A program made the translations under genes and the position numbers. DNA of 64,000 nt from Octopus sinensis (lineage: Eukaryota), in contig NC_043000.1 in NCBI RefSeq assembly GCF_006345805.1, forward strand, positions 161,820,001 through 161,884,000. The letters run 5' to 3'. A model generated the notes under the pieces. The model was not told where the DNA came from. It was given only the letters and a program-made list of their open reading frames with translations, and searched no databases. How positions within the stretch are numbered: the stretch's first letter is position 1; every line of letters starts with the position of its first letter. This document shows, piece after piece, positions 34,446 to 47,910 of this stretch.

Positions 34446-36572
34446 ACCACAATATATGTGTGTATGTATGTACGTATATGTATATCATCGTTATCATTAT
34501 CATCATATCATTTTAATTACATACTGTTATGAATTGTATTCCTGGTCACATTGGAATCAGCGTATATACTGGAGTACTCTCAACCTAGATAGGTTAGGAG
34601 ACTTCACCTTGTTGCGTCATAATTTTTCTTGTTCGGTTTCTACATCCAGTTGCCCTTCCCAATGCCAAACACTTTACAGGCTCTGGCTGCTTTTTGCATG
34701 GAACTAGGACTAGAGAGGTATCAGGTCCTCAATAAAACTAAAGAACCCTTGAACCTCACAACAGTGCATACTAGGGGCAGTTTTCATGATGCCATCTCTT
34801 GAGAGGTAAGCATGTGCTCAACATGACTAACGCTTCAACACAACTGCTCACTCGCTATCCTCCATATAGAGGCATGAACGACAGTAATGAGAGAGATGAG
34901 TGATAAGGGATGAAAGGATAAGAGCACTTAGTATTATGAGATAAGAGTTGTGGCAGGGGGATATTCAAGGCAGAGCTATGTGAGTAAAATAGCACTGGGA
35001 GATAACAGAGGTTTATATGACCCAAAAGGAAGAGCAATGACAGAGGTCTAGGATTTGTGGGGGCAGAGGAAAAGGAGTGTCTTGGCAGTCATAGTAAACA
35101 TGGAGTGATGATAGAGAGTACAGAAGAAGAGGCGGTATGTAGAGTGAATTGGGTCCAATGTTGCCACCAACACATAGGCTGCAAGATAGGGGTCAAGTGA
35201 TGAGAGTTGTGGCAGGGAGATGAGAAGTAGGTGGGTCTTGTTTTAGTGATGAGGAGAAGATCAGAATTGAGGCAGTTGCATCCTTAGTTACACAGAAAGT
35301 AGCATAGAGGAAACACAAGAGATCTATAGCCATCCTCAGTCACACAAGAAGCATAGTACTGTGAGATTTGAGAATTAAGGGTAGTTGGTTGCTGAGCAAT
35401 ATGTATGAGTGAAAGAATGCAATGTAAGGTGGATAGATGAGCAATAAAGGTATGGACAAAAGAATGTAATGTGTTACAAACAGAAAAACATCCACAGACA
35501 GCATTATATGGTGAGAGTAAAAATAGAAGGGGATGATTGAAAGATGAGCAGTGTAAGAGAATGGATATGAGAAACAAGAGAGTTAAAAGAATGGGTGATT
35601 TGGTCAATAGATAGATGTATGATAGGAATGTTTAATATGAAAGATGAGAGATAAAGAGGTGAGTGATGTGCATGTTAGAGGGGTGAGAGGCTAAAAGGAT
35701 CAATGATGTAGAAATGACAAGTAGGCAGATATATATGTTTGCACACATATATAAACATAAATGCATTTGTATAGATAGATAGATGTTTCTATATACAAAG
35801 ATATGAATGTATGTCTGTACATATATATCTACACTCGTATTTATGTGCATTCATCCATTCCTCTATTGAAGCATGCTTGTAATAATACCCAAATATACAT
35901 TATATAATTTTAGCATTTATTTTGCCATGCCTCGACTGGTGAGCAGATCCTAATCAGTTTTTCTGTACAGAATTGCTGTTACATTAATAACCTGGCTCAT
36001 CAATTTCTTGCTTCTTTGTGACAGCTGATCATAATACTATACCAGTATCTGAACATAATATCTCCCTATTTTATCTGATTGATTATGCTAATGACTAGTA
36101 ATTTGCTGGATATTTTCAGCATCACATGGTTCAGTTTACCCAACTTTCATAGCCTTATTCACACTTTTGACTGTGTAGTTGTCATCTTCAACAGGTGAGC
36201 CTTCTGTTGGGCCTACACATGGACAACCCTCTCTTTCCCATTTAGTTCACATTTATTAACCTCTTCTGTAACATTTCTACGGTTGTTTCTTGAGGACTAG
36301 TACACTGTCCATAAATCTGGTTTGTTGCCTGCAACAAGTTGTCTCAAAAAATTTCTTGTCCTCTTTTATGTTGTAGGATTCTGTTGCCTTCTTCTTAACA
36401 GCAGAGATATAAAACATAATTTGGTTTATGTAGGGGCTCATTCTCTGATTATAATTCACAAAATGAGGGATACTTTTCTTGTTATTTTCTACTGAGCAAA
36501 AGTGATATTTCTTTTTCAAAATATTTTGGACTTGATTATTATTTAAAAATTCATCAATAATTCAAGTCACTG

Positions 36573-36911
36573 GGAGACCCCCTTCGGTCATGAATGCCCA
36601 TGGGATTGCACCTAGAAAGTTACCCTCTGAGGTACAAGTCCAGGCAAGGTGGTTTATGGAAGACCAGCAGTCGCCCATGCATACCAGCCTCCCCTCTCCA
36701 CGCCACCAGTGTTATCCAATGGAAAGGCAAAGGGGCCGATACAGCTTGGCACCATTGACGTTGCAACTCATTCCTACAGCTGAGTGAACTGGAGCAACGG
36801 GAAATAAAGTGTCTTGCTCAAGAACACAACACGCAGCCCGGTCCAGGATCCAAACTCACAACCTCATGATCGTAAGCTCGATGCTCTAACCCCTGAGCCA
36901 TGCACCTTCAC
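36573..36911 (-). mobile_element. tRNA-derived SINE (family C-related head, distinct body), 14-bp TSD
   Basis: CAGCTGAGTGAACTGGAGCAAC..CTTGCTCAAGAACACAAC..GCTCTAACC. Direct repeat AATTCAAGTCACTG at 36559-36572 and 36912-36925. Confidence 0.9.
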
Positions 36912-37280
36912 AATTCAAGTCACTGTATGTCAAATAACTTCTATGAATATTATTCTTTTAAGTGGCAATGAAAAATTCAAATTTTCATTTATTTAAATTT
37001 TATTTAAATTTCTGAAATATGCAGAAGATCAAAATACTGATCTTCATCACTGAATGTTTTATTAGTTTTCAATGCTGCATTCAGTTCCTTCAATCAGAAA
37101 ATCTCTCTGTAAAGGACCAATGTCCTGTCCATAAAGAGACTTGATGCTCAACCATTGAAATTAACACCATGGAAATCATAGGTGAGCAAGAGCTTTTTGG
37201 ACCCTAAGTATTTAGAAAGGATTGTGCCCTAGCTGCTTTCTACTAATGCTATCTGACATTTAAAAAGCTATTCTGTCATC

Positions 37281-37625
37281 ATCATCATCATCATCATCAT
37301 TGTTTAATGTCCGCTTTCCATGCTAGCATGGGTTGGACGATTTTGACTGAGGGCTGGCGAACAAGATGGCTGCACCAGGCTCCAATCTTGATATGGCAGA
37401 GTTTCTGCAGCTGGATGCCCTTCCTAATGCCAACCACTCCGAGAATGTAGTGGGTGCTTTTTACATGCCACCGGCTTGGGGGCCAGTCACGCGGTACTGG
37501 CAACGACCTCGCTCGAATCTTTTTACACATGCCACCAGCACAGGTGCCAGTAAGGCGACACTAATAACGATCACGCTCAAATGGTGTTTTACGTGCCACC
37601 GGCACAGAAGCCAGTTAGCCGCTAT
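37281..37625 (-). mobile_element. Family D retroposon
   Basis: (CAT)n then TTGTTTAATGTCCGCTTTCCATGCTAGCATGGGTTGG; internal TTTTAC(A/G)TGCCACC tandem units. Confidence 0.9.
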
Positions 37626-38359
37626 GTGAGAAAATTTCAAAATAGTTCCAAACCTCCGTAATAATAACTACTGTTTACTATTAATGCTACTTAGCAATGA
37701 TTGTTGTGATGATTGTGGAATAAATGGCTCAGAACTTGGTTATCTATCACCATACATTGATATTTGTGGCAATTCAACAATACTCCATAATTAGAAACGT
37801 TGGTTGCATATTACTTGTTAGTCAATAATCTGAATAAGCATTCTTGTACCATTTCATTCACAAAAAGTTCAAAAACCATATGTAGATTTATTAATGGCTG
37901 GGAGTATTAGCAATGAATTTATATAAGTTATACAACTGTATCATAGACAACAGTGTATCTCTCTAAGAATATTTTAACGTTTCATGTGATAAACTCCAGA
38001 GCTAGCTTATATTCTTGTTATTTCATTCAATCTCTCTCACGTGCACACACACACAGAGGATTTATCTTTGGGGTTCCTAACAATTGCAACTCTTCTGACC
38101 ATGCCAGCTATCATATTTTTATATTCACTTCCAATAACTCATAACTGATAGAGATAACCATCAATAACCATCTTCTCCAACACCTTGAATCCCTCTCCTT
38201 CCACAACAGCCACCATTATGACTGTTGTAAAACCATGCCTAATAGAGAGCTATTCTTCTATGTTTCTCATTGTGAATCTCAAGACATTTTGTCCAAAGGA
38301 TATTGTTGCACTTAACAGCAAAACAGTCAATTATTTTTGGCATGCGAATCTATGACAGC

Positions 38360-39290
38360 ACTACCTGCTTGTGAACTCCATTGTCTTTTGAATTGGTGAC
38401 TTCTTGTCAGGTCATACCATCACAGTATGCACTGATAGAACTATCTTTGTCCCATAAGTTATCGATTATGATGTGCTCCAAGTTTTGGTTTTTGTCTAAA
38501 ACACTCTTCCTTGTATACATCAAAAATCTACTTACCATCACCTCCAACAATGCCCACTCCTATGTAGACAATATCACCCTCTATTACATCCAGCTTTCAG
38601 CACTCAAGTATCATCGAGACACCTCACACCAAACCTGCACTGATTTCTTGAAAAGACCTTAAAAGCATTCTCCAGTAAGACATGCAAGTCTTGCTTCCTT
38701 TAACAATACAAAGACAATTACGACACTTAACAAGGAAACAGCATTTTACCTCACCCATGAAACATGAACCTCCTCATGATTGTCATAAATGCTAAGACTC
38801 ACAATTACCAAACATCTTTCCTGACAAATGCACATAGTCTGCATGGTAAAGACTTCTTCACAAATATTGGCATTCTTTTTCAGAGCCAAATAACACTTCA
38901 GACCCCAACCAATTACTAAACCTCCACAAAGCTCAAATGAGGCTCACAATAGACTACTGTTTCCACATCAGTCACTGTGATGCTCCTTTACTCACAGATA
39001 TCCTAAACCACATTCAGCTGTTTGGTATAGAGTTACTTACCAACACATTCCAACTTCTGCTCAACAGACATGCTGCCACTTTTCTTTGCTATATTAGTGG
39101 TAGCGCTAATACATAGCTTGCTCTTCAGGATTATTAATCTCTCCACTTCTCATCACCTATTGGGTTTTATCTCCTCTTTCCCTCTCTCTACGGCTTACAC
39201 TAACCATAATGTTCTGCCCTTGTTTCCCAGAATGCTGGTCTTCTGGAATTCCTAGCCTGCATGTGCTTCTCCTGCATCTTAATCTCATCC
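38360..39290 (+). mobile_element. Degenerate CR1/L2/Jockey-type LINE (RT core to 3' end)
   Basis: IGDFLSG..DVLQVLV/LSKTLFLVYIKNL..NAHSYVDNITL resembles GVPQGSVLSP.LF..YIND..YADD. Later IDYCFHI and FPRMLVFWNS resemble EYCSHIW and FFPRT..LWN.LP. Confidence 0.7.
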
Positions 39291-39401
39291 AATTTGAAGA
39301 ACTTGTGAAAGTCATGAAGACATTTCCAAAAATTCTGTCAATCTTTAAATGAAATCAAAAATGCATAAGATATAAAAGGGCCAACTTAGTTTGAAAATTA
39401 A

Positions 39402-39622
39402 CCTTTTTGATACCATATTTCTGTTGAAATTCACTGTATTTGCTTCAATAAATTTGAAAATAATAAAAGGTTTAGAAAAATCATTTTGACATTGTTAAAT
39501 TGGTATTGAGGCATACTTTGATATGAAATTTTGATGGAAGAGTTTCATTTACAGCACTTTAAAACAGGAAACTGGTATCATAGACTTAGGGAAAATCTCA
39601 ACTGATTTTGGTATCAAAAGAA
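39402..39622. mobile_element. piggyBac-like MITE
   Basis: TTAA|CCTTTTTGATACCA ... TGGTATCAAAAGAA|TTAA. Confidence 0.6.
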
Positions 39623-39888
39623 TTAAGGAAATGTATTTCTTTGTAAAAGCACATGTCTGCATAATATAGGGGCATATTTCTGAAAAGATTGATAATTTAC
39701 CAAAGATTAACTTCACATTACCATGTCATTTCAAAACTTTGAAAAATTATCTTATTGAGAAATATTCAACTTCAGATGTACTAAAAAATTATATTTCCTG
39801 CAAATTTTATCTAATATTATTAAAAAAATCATGAACAAAACTTGAATAATAATACTTGCTAAATGTTTCAAAGATGTTACTAATATAG

Positions 39889-40155
39889 ATAAAATAAAAT
39901 AAATAAATACACCTTTTAAAGCCTAGGCAGGCTCGTGGGCCCGGTTTCCCAGTTTCAATGGCGTATGTGTTCCCCCAGCTGGATAGGACACCAGTCCATC
40001 ACAGCGTTACTCATTTTTACCAACTGAGTGGACTGGAGCAATGTGAAACGAAGTGTTTTGCTCAAGAACACAACACATCGCCCAGTCCAGGAATTGAGAC
40101 CACAATCTTACAATCATGATATTGACACCCTAACCACTAAGCCATGCACCTCCAC
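39889..40155 (-). mobile_element. SINE family C, 10-bp TSD
   Basis: Reverse-complement head CACCCTAACCACTAAGCCATGCACCTCCAC. TSD ACTAATATAG at 39879-39888 and 40156-40165. Confidence 0.92.
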
Positions 40156-41684
40156 ACTAATATAGCTACACCTATAAAATTTTTTACACTTCAATACCTG
40201 GCAAAAGTTTTAAATATGAACTTAATACTCATCATCTAAATTATACTGCAATGATAGCTGTCAATATAAAACTTATCAAAGGCATATTATATTTGCTGAC
40301 ATCTCATTGAGAGTAAAACTGCTCAACTATTTTCACCTAAATCATCACTGATAATTACAAAATAATTAGGTAGTTCCTTGGTAGATTAAGTTTCTTATTA
40401 AAACAGTTTCTTGGATAAGTACTTTCTTTCAACAAGCTACTGGCTGTAAATAAAGTTAAATAGTAATTAAAATATTGAAGAAGGAAAACTAATTCCCTGT
40501 AATCTGGCAGTAAAAATAATGGACACTTTTCTTTTCTTTTTAGAGTAATTAAAAGATTGGGATTAAACTGGTAATTGAAATGCAATAAACTATTTATTTG
40601 AGAAAACAGGTAACATAGTTTACCAGGCAGAATATAAAGATATACCTTAGTACCATGTTTCTTAATTTGGTTTCAGTAACTTCCTGGAATATCATTAATT
40701 ATGTGCATAATTGTTTCAACTTTATCAGACTCAGAAGATTACTCAATGAAAAGCCTTGAACATTAATTAAATAATATATACATTAAGAGTTAAAAAAGAA
40801 AATTATCTAATTATTTACCATTGTAGGTTCTTTAAAATTGTTGAAGATTTTCATAGAATTCTAAGAGTTTATTATTATATTTTCATTTTTAGAAATTTGA
40901 TTGGCTTTGTTATAATTGTAATTCAGTTCATTTTATGTTAGTATTAGTTGCTATTATACAGTTGGCCTGTACATTGAATAACAAGGCATCTCCAATAATA
41001 TGGCAAACTAAATGATCTGAAAAACAAATTTATATACTCACAACAGTAATAGGTTGATAGATTTGAATATATTTCAAGGAAAGATTTAAATATATAAATA
41101 TATTCTGAGCAAAAATAACAAATATATTTAACTAGAACAAATATATTATTTCATTAGCTTGATTTTATTTACATTTATACATTTACTTTTCACATAACAC
41201 ACTCTTTTAAAATGTTCTGAACATCCCATGCTAACAAAGAAAAATAAACAATTAAAAAAACAATGATAACGATACTTTCATTGTAATCAAGTTCTTTGTT
41301 CAGTCTACTTCAGATTCATTCATTGAGAATATTTATCTATTAATTAATATAAAGGTTTCCTTTTTTATTTTTCTCTGATTGGAATTATTTTAAATTAGAC
41401 TTCTGAGCATTACTAGTTCTTCAGTCTATCGGTAGCCTCAGTACTTGCTTCAGGAGAAAAGCAGGATATTTAAATCGTAAGGAATAACAGGAGATACCAC
41501 ACATTTCAAATTTTAAATCAGGCATTTTCAAATTTACACACAATATTCTTTATCAAAATGATTTTATTGTAATATTATTTCTTTGCTGTTTTACAGGGTT
41601 TTTTTTTCTATTCTTGAATATATATTAAGATATATACATATATATAATGATTCATTTATTTAAATTTGAAAAACTCATAAACAC

Positions 41685-41878
41685 AGACACACAAACACAC
41701 ACACACATATATATATATAGGCTTCTTTTCAGTTTCCGTCTGCCAAATCCACTCACAAGGCATTGGTCGGCCCGGGGCTATAGCAGAAGACACTTGCCCA
41801 AGATGCCACGCAGTGGGACTGAACCCGGAACCATGTGGTTGGTAAGCAAGCTACTTACCACACAGCCACTCCTGTGCC
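41685..41878 (-). mobile_element. SINE family A 5' half
   Basis: GGCTTCTTTTCAGTTTCCGTCTGCCAAATCCACTCACAAGG..ACCACACAGCCACTCCTG. Confidence 0.92.
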
Positions 41879-43129
41879 TATTATGTTTATTATTTTTATA
41901 AATCAAAGTTTTAGAACACTGTTTTGAATTTCTTGTTGCATATGGCTTGATTTTTTAAAGAGTGTTTATTTATGTCTAAATTAATTTTAGAGAATGGTAA
42001 TGCTACAACTGTGAATCTGTTTTGTGGCGTAGCATTTGATTTATTTTGCTTTCTAAACACTGGTAATGTATTTGGGTATCTTTAGTTTCAATAGCTCTGA
42101 GATACCAGACTGGATAACCAAACAATTAATCAAATACACAAATATGACAAGGACAGTTACACTTAATTATTTCGAATAGGGGGTGGGGGTGGGTTCATGA
42201 TAAAGTCCAGACAAGGAAACTTTATATTTTCAGAGAGTTTATCTTTGACATAATTTGTTCCCTGCTTAAATCAAATTTCTGTTTTCAATGTTTGTATTAT
42301 TTTCTTGTCAACTACTGTTAATTTGCAACTGAAATACCTCATACTGCTTTAGCTGACATAGATATACTGCAGATATAATATTGTTAGAATCAACTTTCCA
42401 AACAAACTACTATCTACCTCTGACATCTCCTCTCACACTGTAGGTCAGACTAATATTTTATTTTTTAATTTATTTTCATTTTTATTTCTTTTCATTACTT
42501 TTCTATATAGTTACTCAGTTAATAGGAATCCAGTACACAAACTGTTGACATTCATTTATCTCTCGCTAAACAAAATATATTCACGCTTTCCTTCCTTAGG
42601 GTTATAGTGTACCTTACAAGACTATTATGAACAGGAATTATTTTTAATTATTCTAAGTTAAATTTCATAAGGAAGTTAGAAAGATAGATCTTTGTTATTT
42701 AACAAATTATGCTTTGCATTTCTTAAATTTAAGTAATTAAGTATCTTTTATTTGTCTTTATTCAAAATTTCCATAATTAATTTAATGTGCATCTGCAAAC
42801 TAAATGCATCCTTGAGGAAATTAAGTGTAAACCTAAAACAATCTTCTTGGATAAATTGTCATTAGGGATAATAGAAACTCCTCAATTAATGAAATATGCA
42901 TTTTCATTAACGAGAGTGTACCTTCATCTAACTTCCCACTTTCCCTTAACGAGTTATATTTCTATGAAAGAGAATTTCATGACACTCAGCATTAATATTA
43001 TTGTCTGGACACTTCTTTTTGTCCTAAGACTAGAAAATAACTCTCTTCATTTATTGAAGTGAAATGTAGAAGTTAGCTCCAGATTTTCAAGAGCTGACAT
43101 GTCAGTACCAAATTCCTTCAGTGATTACT

Positions 43130-43470
43130 CCTTACTTGTTTCAGTCATTTGACTGCGGCCATGCTAGAGCACCGCCTTTAGTCGAGTAAATCGACCCAAG
43201 GACTTATTCTTTGTAAGCCAAGTACTTATTCTATTGGGCTCTTTTGCCGAACCACTAAGTTACGGGGATGTAAACACACCAGCATCGGTTGTCAAGCGAT
43301 GTTGAGTGGACAAGCACATACACACACATATACATACATATATACGACGGGCTTCTTTCAGTTTTTGTCTACCAAATCCACACACACAAGGCTTTGGTCG
43401 GCCCGAGGCTATAGTAGAAGACACTTGCCCAAGGTGCCACACAGTGGGACTGAACCTGGAACCATGTGGT
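43130..43470 (-). mobile_element. SINE family A
   Basis: Reverse-complement match from tail to head. Confidence 0.9.
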
Positions 43471-44530
43471 TGGATTAGAAGAATCACTAGTGTTGGAAAA
43501 ATGCCTCATGTATTTGCTCTGGCTCTTTAAATTCTAAGTTCAAACCCTGCTGAGGTTACTTTGTCTTTCATCCTTCCAAGATTGATAAAACAAAGTTCAG
43601 GGCAGTGGATTGGAAGAATTTTTAGAGCATTGGACAAAATGCCATGTGGTAAGTGTTCCAATTCTTTACATTCTGAGTACACTGTGATGACACTCTTTTT
43701 AAGCTGCACCAGCCCTTGCTCTTTCCTTAGACAACATTGATGGTATGGAGAAGGGATATTTGCATGAGCAACTGTTAGTCTTCATACAAAAAACCTAGCC
43801 CAGACCTCTAGAGAGGAACTTTCTTATGCAGCCTTGATTAATGGTTGCTTTAGATTCTTCTCCAAACCGTTTTTTAACTATAGTCAAAGCAGATAAACTA
43901 GCTTTCATTTGTTTTTATCCAGAATATAATATAAATATTACTTGTGGCATTTCTCAGAAATGAATCACACCCTGTACTCCATTTTATGCCTACTAAAATA
44001 GGGTGCTCATTGCTCCTAGATGGAATACCTTTGATTGTAAATCTATCAAAGTTTTTTTTAACTTAGATTTTGTTCAAAGAACTTCATTTAACCCTCCCCT
44101 TATTTTGCATCCATAGGGTTATAAAGACTATTGATATTTTTTTAGAACTGTATCACAACCTTTCTGTTGCAGAGTCCAGTCTTTATGTCTAAAATGTTTT
44201 ATGGTAATTGCTGCACAAGCAAACAAGGTAATTTCTGTTGGTTGGCATAGTAACTTTAAAAGTAATATTATTTCAATAAGGACAATCTATAATTGAAAGC
44301 ATTATCTATTTTCATAATTCTGAGAATTCTATTTACAAGTTCAGTATGTCTCTGGTGGTTTTTCTGGAATTTTTAGGCATAAATCATTGTTGATTTATTA
44401 TGATTCTCACCATAAGAAAATCTACCATTACATCATTTATCAGAAAAGGTAACATAGGTAAATGTAAATGGTGCTCTAGAACTGTCTCCAGCATTTCAGA
44501 ATGGAAAACAGGACTAGCATGTAACCGAAT

Positions 44531-44690
44531 GCTGCTGCTGCTGCTGCTGCTGCTTCTTCTTCTTCTTCTTCTTCTTCTTCTTCTTCTTCTTCTTCTTCTT
44601 CTTCTTCTTCTTCTTCTTCTTCTTCTTCTTCTTCTTCTTCTTCTCTTCTTCTTCTTCTTCTTCTTCATCACCATCATCATCATCATCGTC
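44531..44690. repeat. Compound trinucleotide repeat (CTG)n-(CTT)n-(CAT)n
   Basis: Direct reading. It forms the expanded tail of the family D copy at 44660-44930. Confidence 0.97.
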
Positions 44691-44930
44691 ATCGTTTAAC
44701 ATCTGCTTTCCATGCCAGCATGGGTTGGACAGCTTGACTGGGGACTGACAAGCCAGGAGGCTGCACCAGAAGGCAATGTTTCTACAGCTGGATGCCTTTC
44801 CTAATGCCAACCACGCTGAGAGTGTAGTGGGTACTTTTTACGTGTCACCGGCACAGGAGCCAGTCAGGTGGCACTGGCATCAGCCACATTTGGATGGTGC
44901 TCTTTACGTGCCACCAGCACAGAAACTGGC
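44660..44930 (-). mobile_element. Family D retroposon
   Basis: CATCATCGTTTAAC..TTCCATGCCAGCATGGGTTGG..GGATGCCTTTCCTAATGCCAACC. Confidence 0.9.
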
Positions 44931-46494
44931 AAGGGTTAAAATGTATATTCTATTCTGTCTCCAACCTCTCTTTCTAATTCTGTATCAAATGAATGATCAA
45001 AAACAAAATAACAACAAAAACACAACAGCACAAACAACAAGAAAAGTTTACATTATTTGCTACAAAGCCACCTTTCCTCTCTACTACAACCTCATGCAAC
45101 CAATGGTTTTTTTTCCTTGTCTTATTTGGTGACTTGATTAATGTTGGCAGCAGAAAAAAGGACCAAGCTCTTTCTGTAAAGTGGTTGGAGTTTGCTAGTT
45201 GATAGTGTAGAAGGGAGGGAAAGAATAAGGAATGCATGGTGCTGACTAGAAAGGATAAAGGTGGCATCATCTTTGCTCACCATATGAATACAATAGAACA
45301 GAGTTGTGACATTTAGTAGAGATGACCCAAAAGTTGTTTCTTTTCAATTACTATTGCAAACAGCAGTAGCTTTCTTCAATCGAATAAACGTCGTTGATTG
45401 GTTGAAATTACCTAAATACAACAACTTTAACATGAAATAACTTTTAAAATATGAAATTTTGTCAAGAACGTTCAGAGTAAACCGTGTTCTACCAGTATTC
45501 TACCAGTATTCAAAGTTTCAAACTGCTTATATGAAAATTTTGTTCCAGTGATATCAGAGATATCTGTTCTTCAACATATATATATGTATATTCTAATGTT
45601 TTTATGAGAAAAAGGAGAGCCTTTCACAACTTACATGGATCTTCTGTAAGCACTTACATAACTGTTCCACTGATTCAGAATGGTCTGAATTGAATCATTA
45701 GATTTGTAGATGTTTGCCATAATAAATATCATTCTGAATATTTTCTAAGTGATAAATAAATTTTAAAGATAAAATATTTGATAAATGAATAAAAATTCTC
45801 ATAAATTGAAAAAAATAAGTGCTTGAAGATTACCTACTGATAGCTACAGAATACAAGAATCTTTGGAGACTAGCTAGAAATCTAAGCAACTAACTTACTT
45901 TGCTTAAAGGAAAGTCACAATTAGCTAGACATTCATAAATATTGAAAGAGGAATTCAATATGTTGAAACAAATATCATTGTGTTAGCAGTTTAGACACTA
46001 TTTTTCAGCACATAGGAAGTGAAAGTTACCGATAAATGTCATTATGAATAATCGCTTAACTTCATAAAGATGATTGGTTGTAAAATATTCAATTTATAAG
46101 ATTTGGCAAATGAAGACGGTGCAGATAGTATGTTGCTGATTAAGGCAAGGATGGCTGTCATATTAGATTGATGTTGACTTCTGAAATAACAGGACATTGC
46201 ATAACTGTTACAACTACAACTAATGAATAACAGAGTTGGTCATTCAGCTGAAATATAATCTACAAAGAACATATTGTTATATATGAGCATCAAAATCTTT
46301 GTAAACTGCTGGAGACTATTAGGAACTGAAGTATGAGTGTTATAAAACAAGTTCTGTTGTTGACTATCTTCTGTTTTATCACTTAATAAAGTGATTGCAT
46401 TTCGTAAGTGAAGCGTTCAATTAAATAAAAGCAGATACTGAGGAAAGTGGTGGTGATTTGCATAAGCAAAAGATGAACTGCAAAAATTTATGAA

Positions 46495-46915
46495 TCCGTG
46501 CCAATGGTACGTTAAAAAACACCATTCGAGTGTGATCGTTACCTGCGTCACCTTACTAGCACCTGTGCTGGTGGCACATGAAAAACATTTGAAGTGAGGT
46601 TGTTGCCAGTGTCGCTGGACTGGCTCCTGTGCAGGTGGCACATAAAAAGCACCATCTGAGCGTGGCCATTGCCAGTACCGCCTGACTGGCCCTCGTGCCT
46701 GTGGTACGTAAAAGCACCCACTACACTCTCAGAGTGGTTGGCGTTAGGAAGGGCATCCAGCTGTAGAAGCTCTGCCAGATCAGATTGCAGCCTGGTGCAG
46801 CCATCTGGTTCGTCAGACCTCAGTCAAATCATCCAGCCCATGCTAGCATGGAAGCGGACGTTAAACAATGATGATGATGATCATCATCATCAGAAGAAGA
46901 AGAAGAAGAGGAAGA
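46495..46915 (+). mobile_element. Family D retroposon (long copy with internal tandem units)
   Basis: GGTGGCAC(A/G)T(G/A)AAAA units repeated, then GGTTGGCGTTAGGAAGGGCATCCAGCTG..GTTAAACAA(TGA)n. Confidence 0.92.
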
Positions 46916-47133
46916 CAGGCAGGTCCTCAAATGTCAGCATACAGGCTTCAGACTAGTGCTTGAAACACTCCTTGTCAAGAATGCCTTAAGTGTTTCTCAT
47001 ACTCTTAACTTCTTGTATATTGATAGTTTTACTACTGACCAGTTTACCTGCAACAATTCACAATGAAATTGCTTTCTCCTCTTCGGATCCCACAGTACTT
47101 TGGGTGTTGATAGTAAATCCTTCCAATGTACTA

Positions 47134-47393
47134 AAATTAATTTAAATGCATCCTTTTAAAGCCTAGCCAGGCTCATGGGCCCTGTTTCCCGGTTTCAATG
47201 GTGTATGTGTTCCCCAGCTGGATGGGATGCCAATCCATCGCAGCGTTACTCATTTTTGCCAGCTGAGTGGACTGGAGCAACGTGAAATGAAGTGTTTTGC
47301 TCAAGAACACAACGCGTCGCCCGGTCCAGGAACTGAAACCACAATCTTACAATCATGGTGCTGACACCCTAACCACTAAGCCACGTGCCTCCG
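47134..47393 (-). mobile_element. SINE family C, 14-bp TSD
   Basis: TSD CTTCCAATGTACTA at 47120-47133 and 47394-47407. Confidence 0.93.
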
Positions 47394-47501
47394 CTTCCAA
47401 TGTACTAGTATAATCTAATGATGAATAGTTTCCTCATTAATGAGTTAGTGCATCTTATCTGCTAATGGGCTTTACGTAGTTAAAGGAAATCTACTTGATA
47501 G

Positions 47502-47910
47502 ACACAGGTGTGGTTCAGTGGTAAGGGGCTTGCTTCCTAATCACATGGTTTTAGGTTCAGTCCCACTTTATGGCACGTTGGGCAAGTGTCTTCTATTATA
47601 GCCTCAGGCTGACAAAGCCTTGTGAGTGGATTTGTTTGACGGAAATTGAATGAAGCCCATTGTGTGTGTGTGTGTGTGTCTTTGTGTCTGTGTTTGTCCC
47701 CCTCCACTGCTTGACAACCAATGTTGGTGAGTTTATATCTCCATAACTGAGCAGTTCAACAAAAAGAGACCAATAGAATAAGTACCAGGCTTAACATAAA
47801 ATAAGTACTGGGGTCAATTCATTGAAATAAAAAAAATTGTTTGTGGTGGTGCCCCAGCATGGCCGCAGCCTAATGTCTGAAACAAAGCAAAAGATAAAAG
47901 TAAAGATAAA
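47502..47910 (+). mobile_element. SINE family A
   Basis: Head GTGTGGTTCAGTGGTAAG..GGTTCAGTCCCAC..TTGGGCAAGTGTCTT, tail CCCCAGCATGGCCGCAG. Confidence 0.88.

Noticed and set aside
21500-35730. Strongly strand-skewed purine/pyrimidine tracts (4380-4700, 21500-22330, 25740-26500, 34850-35730)
   Set aside because: Probably ancient retroelement debris, but no protein motif or boundary could be read, so not annotated as features.
44384-44810. Poly-R, poly-L and poly-K ORFs
   Set aside because: Frames of the (CTT)n/(CTG)n repeat.
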